Shown here piece by piece: positions 25,161-37,009 of a DNA stretch of 64,000 nucleotides. The position numbers were made by a program, and so were the translations under genes. The notes beneath the pieces were generated by a model. The model did no database searches, was not told the origin of the DNA, and saw nothing but the letters and a program-made list of their open reading frames with translations. Numbering within the stretch: position 1 is the first letter of the stretch; each line of letters opens with the position of its first letter. Source of the stretch: Mobula hypostoma. Taxonomy: Eukaryota. The stretch covers positions 247,134,001-247,198,000 of the forward strand of contig NC_086097.1 of the NCBI RefSeq assembly GCF_963921235.1, read 5' to 3'.

Positions 25161-26197
25161 TGGACAAGAGGTGAGTTGACGTGTGGATGAATGGAGGCCT
25201 GAAGATGTTATATTTGAATGTGCGCGGTGTACAGAATAAGGTAGGTGATCTTGTCGTGCAGTTAGAGATTGGCTGGCATCATGTTGTGGGCATCACTGAG
25301 TCATGGCTGAAAGAAGATAACGTACTGGTTAGCATGACGTTTTACAGTACAGGTGACCCAGGTTCAATTCCCGCCCCATTGTCTGTAAGGAATGTGTATG
25401 TTCTAAAGGTTCAAAGGTTCATTTCATTGTCAATGTATGCATGTGCAATACAACTCTGATATCTGTCTGCTCCAGATAGCCATGAAGTACAGAACGACCA
25501 CGGGCATGGATAAAAGAAAAATGGCCCCCCAACTGGCATTAAAAAGAAAATAACTTGCAGACCCCAAAATCCCTCCCCTCACGCCCACAGCAAAAAACAG
25601 CCACAATGACAATCAACGGCCCCCTACACGTAATAATCCCCAAATTCCTCGTGGAAAGGAACAGTCACAGTAGCACCAAACCCCCAACCCCCCACCATAC
25701 ACACAAAAAATTAACAGATCACTCACCTGCCAATTGTCTCCCCATGACCGTGTGGATTTCCTCCAGGTGCTCCGGTTTCCTCCCACAGTCCAAAGACAAA
25801 CCGATTGGTAGATTACTTGGTCATTGAAAATTGTTCCATGATTAGGCTTAGATTAAATCAGGTTTTTGCTGGGCAGCAAGGCTCAAAGAGCTAGAAGGGC
25901 CTATTCAGTGCTACATCTCAATAAATAAATAAAAAAGATCACAGTTGGGAGCTTAGCATCCAAGGATACACATTGTTTTGAAAGGACAGGCAGGAAGGCA
26001 GAAGGGGTCCACCCAACAGTCTACAGGATTTAGAGCAGCAGACTGGTAGAGTGATTGCAGACTGGTGCAAGAAACATAAGGTTGTGATAGTAGGTGATTT
26101 TAGCTTTCATATATTGATTGGGACTCCCATTCTGTAAAAGGGCTGGATCGGAAAGAGTTTGTCAATTGTGTTCAGGGAAGTTTCCTTAATCTGGATA

Positions 26198-29100
26198 TAG
26201 ATAGAAACATAGAAAATAGGTGCAGGAGTAGGCCATTCGGCCCTTCGAGTCTGCACCGCCATTTATTATGATCATGGCTGATCATCCAACTCAGAACCCA
26301 GCCTTCCCTCCATACCCCCTGACCCCTGTAGCCACAAGGGCCATATCTAACTTCCTTTTAAACATAGCTAATGAACTGGCCTCAACAGTTTGCTGTGGCA
26401 GAGAATTCCACAGATTCACCACTCTCTGTGTGAAGAAGTTTTTCCTAATCTCGGTCCTAAAAGGCTTCCCCTCTATCCTCAAACTGTGACCCCTCGTTCT
26501 GGATCTCCCCAACATCGGGAACAATCTTCCCGCATCTAGCCTGTCCAATCCCTTTAGGATCTTATACGTTTCAATCAGATCCCCCCTCAATCTTCTAAAT
26601 TCCAACGAGTACAAGCCCAGTTCATCCAGTCTTTCTTCATATGAAAGACCTGCCATCCCAGGAATCAATCTGGTGAACCTTCTTTGTACTCCCTCTATGG
26701 CAAAGATGTCTTTCCTCAGATTAGGGGACCAAAACTGCACACAATACTCCAGGTGTGGTCTCATCAAGGCCTTGTACAACTGCAGTAGTACCTCCCTGCT
26801 CCTGTACTCGAATCCTCTCGCTATAAATGCCAGCATACCGTTCGCCTTTTTCACCGCCTGCTGTACCTGCATGCCCACTTTCAATGACTGGTGTATAATG
26901 ACACCCAGGTCTCGTTGCACCTCCCCTTTTCCTAATCGGCCACCATTCAGATAATAATCTGTTTTCCTATTTTTGCCACCAAAGTGGATAACTTCACATT
27001 TATCCACATTAAATTGCATCTGCCATGAGTTTGCCCACTCACCCAACCTATCCAAGTCACCCTGCATCCTCTTAGCATCCTCCTCACTGCTAACATTGCC
27101 ACCCAGCTTCGTGTCATCTGCAAACTTGGAGATGCTGCATTTAATTCCCTCATCCAAGTCATTAATATATATTGTAAACAACTGGGGTCCCAGCACTGAG
27201 CCTTGCGGTACCCCACTAGTCACCGCCTGCCATTCTGAAAAGGTCCCGTTTATTCCCACTCTTTGCTTCCTGTCTGCTAACCAATTCTCCACCCACACCA
27301 ATACCTTACCCCCAATACCGTGTGCTTTAAGTTTGCACACTAATCTCCTGTGTGGGACCTTGTCAAAAGCCTTTTGAAAATCCAAATATACCACATCCAC
27401 TGGTTCTCCCCTATCCACTCTACTAGTTACATCCTCAAAAAATTCTATGAGATTCGTCAGACATGATTTTCCTTTCACAAATCCATGCTGACTTTGTCCG
27501 ATCATTTCACCGCTTTCCAAATGTGCTGTTATCACATCCTTGATAACTGACTCCAGCAGTTTCCCCACCACCGACATTAGGCTAACCGGCCTATAATTCC
27601 CCGGTTTCTCTCTCCCTCCTTTTTTAAAAAGTGGGGTTACATTAGCCACCCTCCAATCCTCAGGAACTAGTCCAGAATCTAACGAGGTTTGAAAAATTAT
27701 CACTAATGCATCCACTATTTCTTGGGCCACTTCCTTAAGCACTCTGGGATGCAGACCATCTGGCCCTGGGGATTTATCTGCCTTCAATCCCTTCAATTTA
27801 CCTAACACCACTTCCCTACTAACATGTATTTCGCTCAGTTCCTCCATCTCACTGGACCCTCTGTCCCTTACTATTTCTGGAAGATTATTTATGTCCTCCT
27901 TAGTGAAGACAGAACCAAAGTAATTATTCAATTGGTCTGCCATGTCCTTGCTCCCCATAATCAATTCACCTGTTTCTGTTTGCAGGGGACCTACATTTGT
28001 CTTTATCAGTCTTTTCCTTTTTACATATCTATAAAAGCTTTTACAGTCCGTTTTTATGTTCTCTGCCAGTTTTCTCTCATAATCTTTTTTCCCCTTCCTA
28101 ATTAAGCCCTTTGTCCTCCTCTGCTGAACTCTGAATTTCTCCCAGTCCTCAGGTGAGCCACTTTCTCTGGTTAATTTGTATGCTACTTCTTTGGAATTGA
28201 TACTATCCCTAATTTCTCTTGTCAGCCACGGGTGCACTACCTTCCTTGATTTATTCTTTTGCCAAACTGGGATGAACAATTGTTGTAGTTCATCCATGCA
28301 ACCTTTAAATGCCTGCCATTGCATATCCACCGTCAATCCTTGAAGTGTCATTTGCCAGTCTATCTTAGCTAATTCACGTCTCATACCTTCAAAGTTACCC
28401 CTCTTTAAGTTCAGAACCTTTGTTTCTGAATTAACTACGTCACTCTCCATGTTAATGAAGAATTCCACCATATTATGGTCACTCTTACCCAAGGGGCCTC
28501 TCACGACAAGATCGCTAATTAACCCTTCCTCATTGCTCAAAACCCAGTCCAGAATAGCCTGCTCTCTAGTCGGTTCCTCGACATGTTGGTTCAAAAAACC
28601 ATCCCGCATACATTCCAAGAAATCCTCTTCCTCAGCACCTTTACCAATTTGGTTCACCCAGTCTACATGTAGATTGAAGTCACCCATTATAACTGCTGTT
28701 CCTTTATTGCACACATTTCTAATTTCCTGTTTAATACCATCTCCGACCTCACTACTACTGTTAGGTGGCCTGTACACAACTCCCACCAGTGTCTTCTGCC
28801 CCTTAGTGTTACGCAGCTCTACCCATATCGATTCCACATCTTCCCGGCTTATGTCCTTCCTTTCTATTGCGTTAATCTCTTCTTTAACCAGCAACGCCAC
28901 CCCACCTCCCCTTCCTTCATGTCTATCCCTCCTGAATATTGAATATCCCTGAACGTTGAGCTCCCATCCTTGGTCACCCTGGAGCCATGTCTCTGTGATC
29001 CCAACTATATCATAATCATTAATAACAATCTGCACTTTCAATTCATTCACCTAATTACGAATGCTCCTTGCATTGACACACAAAGCCTTCAGGCGCTCTT

Positions 29101-29687
29101 TTACAACTCTCTTAGCCCTTATACAATTATGTTGAAAAGTGGCCCTTTTTAATGCTTGCCCTGGATTTGTCAGCCTGCCACTTTTACTCTTCTCCTTAGT
29201 ACTTTTTGCTTCTACCCTCACTTTACACCCCTCTGTCTCTCTGCACTGGTTCCCATCCCCCTGTTGTGAACTAACCTCCTCACGCCTAGCCTCTTTAATT
29301 TGATTCCCACCCCCCAACCATTCTAGTTTAAAGTCACCTCAGTAGCCCCCGCTAATCTCCCTGCCAGGATATTGGTCCCCCTAGGATTCAAGTGTAACCT
29401 GTCCTTTTTGTACAGGTCACGCCTGCGCCAAAAGAGGTCCCAATGATCCAAAAACTTGAATCCCTGCCCCCTGCTCCAATCCCTCAGCCACGCATTTATC
29501 CTCCACCTCATCGCATTCCTACTCTCACTGTCGCGTGGCACAGGCAGTAATCCCGAGATTACTACCTTTGCGGTCCTTTTTCTCAACTCCCTTCCTAGCT
29601 CCCTATATTCTTCTTTCAGGACCTCATCCCTTTTCCTACCTATGTCATTGGTACCTATATGTACCAGGACCTCTGGCTCTTCACAAT
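26198..29687 (-). mobile_element. Young 5'-truncated CR1 LINE (3' part of ORF1 esterase, complete ORF2 region, 3' UTR) inserted in an older plus-strand CR1
   Basis: ORF1 remnant VHIGTND...DRLHLN (SGNH-like) and ORF2 with endonuclease (EN) plus reverse transcriptase (RT). The 3' tail is TTTCTATG-type. Host CR1 sequence resumes across the insertion (…cttaatctggatatagat | gtcccaatgagag…). Confidence 0.95.
26291..29317 (-). pseudogene. CR1 ORF2 (APE endonuclease + reverse transcriptase), open except one TAG at 29053-29051
   Basis: The 88-aa and 919-aa ORFs are in the same frame. Motifs present: CVNARS, ITETW, YRPP, GDFN, SDH, YLDFQKAFDKVPH, GVPQGSVLGP, FADD. Confidence 0.95.
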
Positions 29688-30325
29688 GTCCCAATGAGAG
29701 TGAGAAAGTGATACTAGATCTCCTATTAGAGAGAGAAAGAGAGAGAGAGAGACAGATGATGAAAGTAAGTTTGTGTCGAGGAACATTTTGCATCTTGTGA
29801 TGTTAATACCATTAGTTTCAACGTAATTGTGGAAAAGGATAGTCTGGTCTACAGGTTGAGATTCTAACTTTGAGGGAGGTCAGCTTTGATGATATCAGAA
29901 AGGATCTGGCAAGTGTGGATTGGGACAGGTTGTTTCCTGGCAAAGGAGTACTTAGAAAGTGCGAGGCCTTCAAAAGTGAAATTGTGAGAGTACGGAGTTT
30001 GTATATTCCTGTCAGAATAAAAAGCAAGGAGATCAGATTTATGGAACTTAGGTTTCCAAGAGATATTGAGGCCCCGGTTAAGAAATAGAAGGAGGTGCAT
30101 AGCAAGTATAGGCAGGCAGGAACAATTCAGGTACTTGAGGAGTATAAGAAATGCAAGAGAACACAAGGGGCTAAAGGAAGGCATGAGGTTGCCTTATCAA
30201 ACAAAGGGAAGGAGAATCCTAAGGGTTTCTACAGATATATTGAGCAAAAAGATAGCCAGGGACAAAACTGGTCCTCTGGAAGACCAGAGTGGTAATCTAC
30301 ATGTGGAGCCAAAAGAGATGGGAAG

Positions 30326-31512
30326 ATCTTTTTACAGGGGCACAATTGAGAGCATCCTGACTGGCTGCATCGCTGCCTGGTATGGGAACTGTACTTCCCT
30401 CAATTGCAGGACTCTGCGAAGAGTGGTGCGGACAGCCCAGCGCAGCTGTAGTTGTGAACTTCCCACTATATAAAGGAGGAGAGGATGGCGGTGCGACGGC
30501 AGCGCGCGCGGCCTCTCTGGTGAATGAATGATATCTGTTATCTGTCAAGTAGGGGACTGTGCACAATTCTGATTTGATGGAGACGGACGTGAGAGTACGG
30601 AGGAACATCTGGAAAACTTCTGAAATGCCTGCTTCGCTGCTGCTGCTACTGTGTGGTAACCAGAATCTCCGGAGCAGAAGCCCCCGAAATCGTCGGCTTT
30701 GCGTGTTTCAGCGGCCGGGGCGAAGTCGAAGGCGCTCGGCAGAGGATGGCGCTCGGGAGGCTGTATCGTAGAGGCTGGCCGGAAGCTCGAAGTTTTCGGA
30801 CGGATGGACTCAGTGTCGGCTGTGGACGGCTGCTTCCAAGGCATCGGCAAGTTGACGGTGCCTGGAGGTTTATGGCAGGGAGTTTCTCCCTTTTGCTGCC
30901 TGCTATCGGGGACTTGGGAGTCGATCGACTCGTGGACTTTTGAGACTTTATTTACCATGCCCATGGTTTGTTGTTTATCAAATTATGGTATTGCTTTGCA
31001 CTGCTGTAACTATATGTTATAATTATGTGGTTCTGTCAGTGTTAGTCTTTGGTTTGTCCTGTTTTCTGTGATATCACTCTGGTGAAACATTGTATCATTT
31101 CTTAATGCATGTATGCATTTCGAAATGACAATAAAAGAGGACTGAGTGTTCTCATAATCTAAATATATTTAAATATTCAGGATATTTACAAAGACAGGTG
31201 TGTAAAAAGGGCCTGAAGGATCATTGGGGAACCGAGTCACACCAGGCATGATCTATTCCAGCTGCTACCATCCGGGAAACGGTACCGCAGCATAAAAGCC
31301 AGGATCAACAGGCTCCGGGACAGCTCCTTCCACCAGGCCATCAGACTGATTAATTCATGTTGATACAATTGTATTTCAATATTATATTGACTGTCCTGTT
31401 GTACATACTATTTATTATAAATTACTATAAATTGCACATTTAGACGGAGATGTAATATAAAGATTTTCACTCCTCAGGTATGTGAAGGATGAAAGTAATA
31501 AAGTCAATTCAA
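30326..31512 (+). mobile_element. Rex1-like LINE 3' fragment split by a GC-rich insertion
   Basis: Peptide FYRGTIESILTGCIAAWYGNC; continues at about 31173 (LLPSGKRYRSIKAR) and ends aataaagtcaattcaat. Confidence 0.8.
30471..31170 (+). mobile_element. CpG-rich non-coding retro-insertion (unclassified non-autonomous element)
   Basis: Interrupts the Rex1-like fragment at …cccactat | tattcagg…. CpG-rich 5' half, T-rich 3' half, AATAAA near 31130. Confidence 0.6.
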
Positions 31513-33269
31513 TGAAATGGATTTTTTGGATCTGTGTTTACTCAAGGGACAGACACAGAATCTATAGAAGTGAGGCAAAGCACCAGTGAGGTCAATGGCC
31601 CTATACAGATTACAAAGGAGGTGTTTGCTCCCAAGGTGATTGAGGTTGGATAAATCCCCAGGGCCTGATAAGGTTTCCCTTGGATCCTGTGGGAGGCAAG
31701 TGCAGAAACTGCAGTGGCCCTGGCAGAGATATTCAAAACATCCTTTGCAACAGGAGAGGTACCAGATGATGGGAGGATAGCCATTATTGTTTCATTGTTT
31801 ATGAAAGGCTCTATGAATAGACCAGGAAATTATAGGCTGGTGAGTAGTGGAAAAGTTATTGGAAGGTATTCTAAGGGACCAGATATATAAGTATTTGGAT
31901 AGACAGGGGTTGATTAAGGATAGTCAACATGGCTTTGTGCATGATAGGTCGTGTCTCACGCAACGTATAGAGTTTTTCAAGGTGATACCAGAAAAGTTGA
32001 TGAAGGCAAGGCCCTGGATATTGTCTACGTGGACAAGGTCTCTCATGGGAGGTAGGTCAAGAAGGTTCAGTGGCTTGGCATTCAAGATGAGTTAGTAAAT
32101 TAGACTTTAGCTTTGCAGGAGAAGTCAGAGAATGATAGTAGATGGTTGTCTCGCTGACTGGAGGTGGATTACTGCAGGGTTCAGTGCTGGGTCCATTGTT
32201 ATTTATCATCTATATCAATAACTGGATTAGCAGATTTGCAGATGACATCAAGATCGGAGGTGTGTTGGACAGGAAGAAAGACAATCAAAGCTTGCAGCGT
32301 GATCTGAACTAGCTGGAAAAATGGGTGGAAAAATGCCAACTGGAATTTAATGCAGAATGTGAGCTGTTACACTTCGGTAGACCAACCAGGTTAGGTCTTA
32401 CACAGTGAACGATAGAGCACTGCGGAGTGTGGTAGAACAGAGAGATCTGGGAATTCAGATCCATAATTCCTTGAAAACGGTATCACAGGTAGATAAGGTC
32501 GTAAAGAGAGCTTTTGGTTCATTAGCCTTCATAAATCAAAGTATTGAGTACAAGAGTTGGGATGTTATGTTGGAGTTGTATAAGACATTGGTGAGGCCTA
32601 ATTTGGAGTGTTGAGTGAGGTTCTGGTCACCTACCGACAGGAAAGATGTAAATGAGATTGAAAGAGTGCAGAGAATGTTTACAAGTATGTTGCCAGGACT
32701 TGAGGTCCTGATTTATTGGGAAAGATTGACTAGGTTAGGACTGTATCCTCTAGAGTGTAGGAGAATGAGGGAAAATTGTGATAGAGGTATACAAAATTAT
32801 GAGGGGCATAGACAGGGTAAACGCAAGTGGGCTTTTTTCATTGAGGTTGTGTGAGAATAGAATCAGAGCTCATAGGTTAAAGGTGAAAGGTGAAATTTTT
32901 AAGGGGAACATGAGGAAGAACTTCTTCACTCAGAGGGTGGTGTGAGTGTGGAACGAGCTGCCACTGGAAGTGATGGATGCGGGTTCAACTTTTAAGAGAA
33001 ATTTGGATAGATACATGGGTGGGAGGAGTATCGGGGGCAATGGTCCGGGTCCAGGTCAATGGGACTGGGCTTATTAATGATTTGGCACAGGCTAGATGGG
33101 CCGATAGGCCTGTTTCTGTGCTGTAGTGTTCTATGACTATGACTCTATCAGAGAAAAGATGGAATATTCACGACACAGGCTGGTGATAATAAACCTGATT
33201 CTGACTCCAATTCTAAGCTTCCCAATAATAATAAGGATAAAATACCACTACTAATAATAAGGATAATAA

Positions 33270-35035
33270 CATTTTTCAGTTGCAAAAAGAGTAAAAGAGA
33301 GGCGAGAGTGCATATTGGACTGCTGGAAATTGATGCTGGAGAGTTAATAATGAGGGACAAGAAATGGCAGATGAACCTAATAAGTATTTTGTGTAGTCTT
33401 CAGAGTGGAAGACACTAGTAGTGTATCAGAAATATGAGAGTGTCAGGGGGCAAAACTGATTGTTGTTGCTATTACTAAGGAGAAGGTGTTTGGGAAGCTG
33501 AAAGGTCTGAAGGAAGATACGTCACCTGGACCAGATGCACTACAACCCAGAGTCCTGAAAGAGGTGGTGAAGAGATTGTGGAGGGATTAGTAGTGAAGTT
33601 TCAAGAATCACTAGATTTCTGAGTGGCTCTGGAGGACCTGGAAAATTGCAAATGTCACTGCAATCTTTAAGAAAGGAGAGAGGTAGAAGAAAGGAAATGA
33701 TTGGTCATTTAGTCTGACTTCAGAGATTGGGAAGATGTTGGAGTCCATTATTAAGGCTGAGGTTTTGGGGTTCTTGGAGGCGCATGGTAAAGTAGGCTGA
33801 AGTTAGAATGTTTTTTTTAGTGGAAATCTTGCCTGACAAATCTGGTGAAATTCTTTGAGGAAATAGCAGGCAGAATAGACAAAAGCATCAGTGGATGTTG
33901 TGTACTTGGATTTTCAGAAGGCCTTTGACAAGATGCTGTATATGAGACTCTGGGACCTAAGGCTCCAGTACTTCCTTCCTGATGGCAACAGTGAGGAGAG
34001 AGCATGGCCTCAATGGTGAGGGTCCTTGATAATGGATGCTGCTTTCCTGTGGGAGCACTCCATGTCGATGTGCTGAACGGTGGGGAGGGCTTTTCCTGTG
34101 TTGATGCTAGATTTCAGTGCACCCTTCCATGAAGTTTCCAACTACTCACACAGTGGCATTTTCATCTGTAGGCATGGGTATAGAAGTTTGAAGCACTGAT
34201 CTGCTTCGAAACTGCTATAGACTTTGCTGAGAATTTTTAGAAGCTGTTCAACAGTAAATCTGTAACTGCAGCCATGTGGGGGAAAAATAGGGTTGACCTG
34301 AGAAAATAGTTTGTAAATTGCAGTTGATGGCATTTCTTCATCCTCAGTGCATGGGAGGTTAGAACTTGAAATCATTAGACAGAGGAGCATGATTGGGCCA
34401 TTCGGCCCATCTTTTCTGCTTTGCCATTCCATCATGGCTGGTTTATTATCCCACTCAACCCTATTCTTCTGCCTTCTCCCAGTAACCTTAGACACCCTGA
34501 CTAATCATGAACCTATCAACCTCCACTTTAAATACACCCAATAACTTGGCTTCCATAGCCTTCTATAGCAATGAATTCCCCAGAATCACCATCTCTCGCA
34601 AAAGGAAATCCCCCTCATTTTGGTTCTAAAGGAATGTCCTACAGTTCTGACTCTTTGCCCTTTAGTTCTAGACTCCCCCACTGTAGGAAACTTCCTCTCC
34701 ACATCCACTCACAGATTTTCATGAGATCCCAACTCATTCTCCTAAAATCCCGTGAGTACAGTCCCAGAGCCATCAAACGCTCCTCATTTCCAGAATCATT
34801 TTTGTGACTCTCCTTTGGCCCCTCTCCAATGCCAGCACACCCTTTCTAAGACAAGGAGCCCAAAACCGCTCGCAATACTCCAAGTGCGGTTTGACCTATT
34901 GGCTTATGAAGCCTCAGCATTACATCCTCGCTTTTATGTTCTAGTCCTCTCGAAATGAATGCTAACGTTGCATCTGTGTTTCCTCACCACAGACTCAACC
35001 TGCAAGAGAAGCTTTGGGAAATCCTGCATGAGGAC
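33270..35035. mobile_element. Cluster of CR1 fragments (plus 33270-33945, minus 34365-35035) with a Rex-like piece
   Basis: DNA similarity to the other CR1 copies in the window. Confidence 0.7.
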
Positions 35036-35149
35036 GTTGCATCCTAGCTGTTGACATGATACAGAAGACAGGGCAGTGCAATATGGAGAGCAAGTTGTTG
35101 CCCATGCAGCAAGCTCCCCCTCTTCACGCAGCTAATGAATACAAAGAGC

Positions 35150-35853
35150 TAAGGTCCCGGTGACCCCTGTTTCCATCCAGGGGGTCAGTGTGGACATGGT
35201 GCAGGATTACAAATACCTGGGGATACGAATTGACAATAAACTGGACTGGTCAAAGAACACTGAGGCTGTCTACAAGAAGGGTCAGGGCCGTCTCTATTTC
35301 TGAGGAGACTGGGGTCCTTTAACATCTGCCGGACAATGCTGAGGATGTTCTACGAGTCTGTGGTGGCCAGTGCGATCATGTTTGCTGTTGTGTGCTGGGG
35401 CAGCAGGCTGAGGGTAGCAGACACCAACAGAATCAACAAACTCATTCGTAAGGCCAGTGATGTTGTGGGGATGGAACTGGACTCTCTCACGGGGGTGTCT
35501 GAAAAGAGGATGCTGTCCAAGTTGCATGCCATCTTGGACAATGTCTCCCATCCACTACATAATGTACTGGGTGGGCACAGGAGTACATTCAGCCAGAGGC
35601 TCATTCCACCGAGATGCAACACAGAGCGTCATAGGAAGTCATTCCTGCCTGTGGCCATCAAACTTTACAACTCCTCCCTTGGAGGGTCAGACACCCTGAG
35701 CCAATAGGCTGGTCCTGGACTTACTTGATAATTTTCTGACATAATTTACATATTACTATTTAACTATTTATGGTTCTATTACTATTTATTATTTATGGTG
35801 CAACTGTAACGAAAACCAATTTTCCCCGGGATCAATAAAGTATGACTATGACG
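35150..35853 (+). mobile_element. Rex1/Babar-like LINE 3' fragment
   Basis: Peptides YKYLG and MLRMFYESVVASAIMFAVVCWG...RHRKSFLP, followed by AATAAA and a short (ATGACT) tail. Confidence 0.82.
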
Positions 35854-37009
35854 ATGGCAAAGGAACTGCAGAGTTGGGCAGCAGTGCCATCTCCTGAGTT
35901 GCCAGTCAGCATTAAGCTCAGTGTAGGTCTGCCTTAGGGACTCCAGCACCAGATGTTTCCTCGCGGTTTACTCCCAAAGCCTTCCCCATAGTGGGTATAG
36001 CCACAAGTCAGCTGAGGTTTGAGATTAGGGTTTTCCTTCTTCTAGATGAACTGCCAACCATGCTTGACAAGGCCCATCTGCCTGAAGTAACTGGTTTTAA
36101 GGTGCCAGTAACCCACCTTTGCCCCTTTTCCTCTCAGTAGAAATGGTTTCATTGGGCTTAGTAGCTAAGCCACTTGTGAAGGGCAGGAATTGGACTTGGT
36201 TGTTGAGGCTATTTGAGATGTACACATTTGGGAGTATTTAATAGGTAGTGGGAGTTTATTCCCCCCCTCCCCCCCCGGCTATGAAAAGGAACCACAATAG
36301 TACTGTATAAATAAGGCATGTCCAATCCTGGTCTTGGATGCAGTTGTGTATTCTGCTCTTATCTCTTACGGTCTTGCAGGAGACTGGGACTGAGAGGGAA
36401 AATGGATCAGCCATGATGAAATGGCGGAGCAGACTCAATAGGCCGAATGGTCTAATTCTGGTCCTATTTTCTATAGTCATGGTGTGGAGCTTGCATATCT
36501 ACATGTTCTCCCTGGGATTACACAGGCTTCCCCTGGGTGCTCCAATTTCCTCCCTGTCTGAAGGATATGCTGGTTGTTAGATCAATAAGCACAGGTGATT
36601 CTGCAGATGCTGGAAATCCAGATCAATACACTCAAAATGCTGGGGAAACTCAGCAGATCAGGCAGCATCTATAGAGATGAATAAACAGTCGGCATTTCGG
36701 ACTCTTCATCAGGACTGGAAATGAAGGGGGGAAATCCTGAATAAAAAGGTGGTTGGGGTGGGTGGAGGAGGAGTAGAAGCTGACAGGTGATAGGTGAGAA
36801 CAGGTGAGGGGGAAGGTAGGTGGGTGGGAGAAGGGGGATTAAGTAAGAAACTGGGAGGTAATAGTTATTAGTGTCTCCACCTATCACCTCCCAGCTCCTT
36901 ACTTCACCACCGTCCAGGATTTTCTGCGACTATCATAACTAAGATATTCTGAGCTGTGCACAAGTCTTAGGCACATATATATCCTATTCTGGATTGGGTG
37001 TTGTGTAAT

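Larger units (their letters stand above)
26030..33145 (+). mobile_element. Old plus-strand CR1 (pieces 26030-26197, 29688-30325, 31513-33145)
   Basis: Collinear decayed EN/RT fragments (QHGFVHDRSCLT; LVRPNLEC) ending in a ttctatgactatgactcta tail. Confidence 0.85.

Noticed and set aside
26673..28952. Plus-strand ORFs of 90-170 aa within the young CR1
   Set aside because: They are antisense shadows of ORF2.
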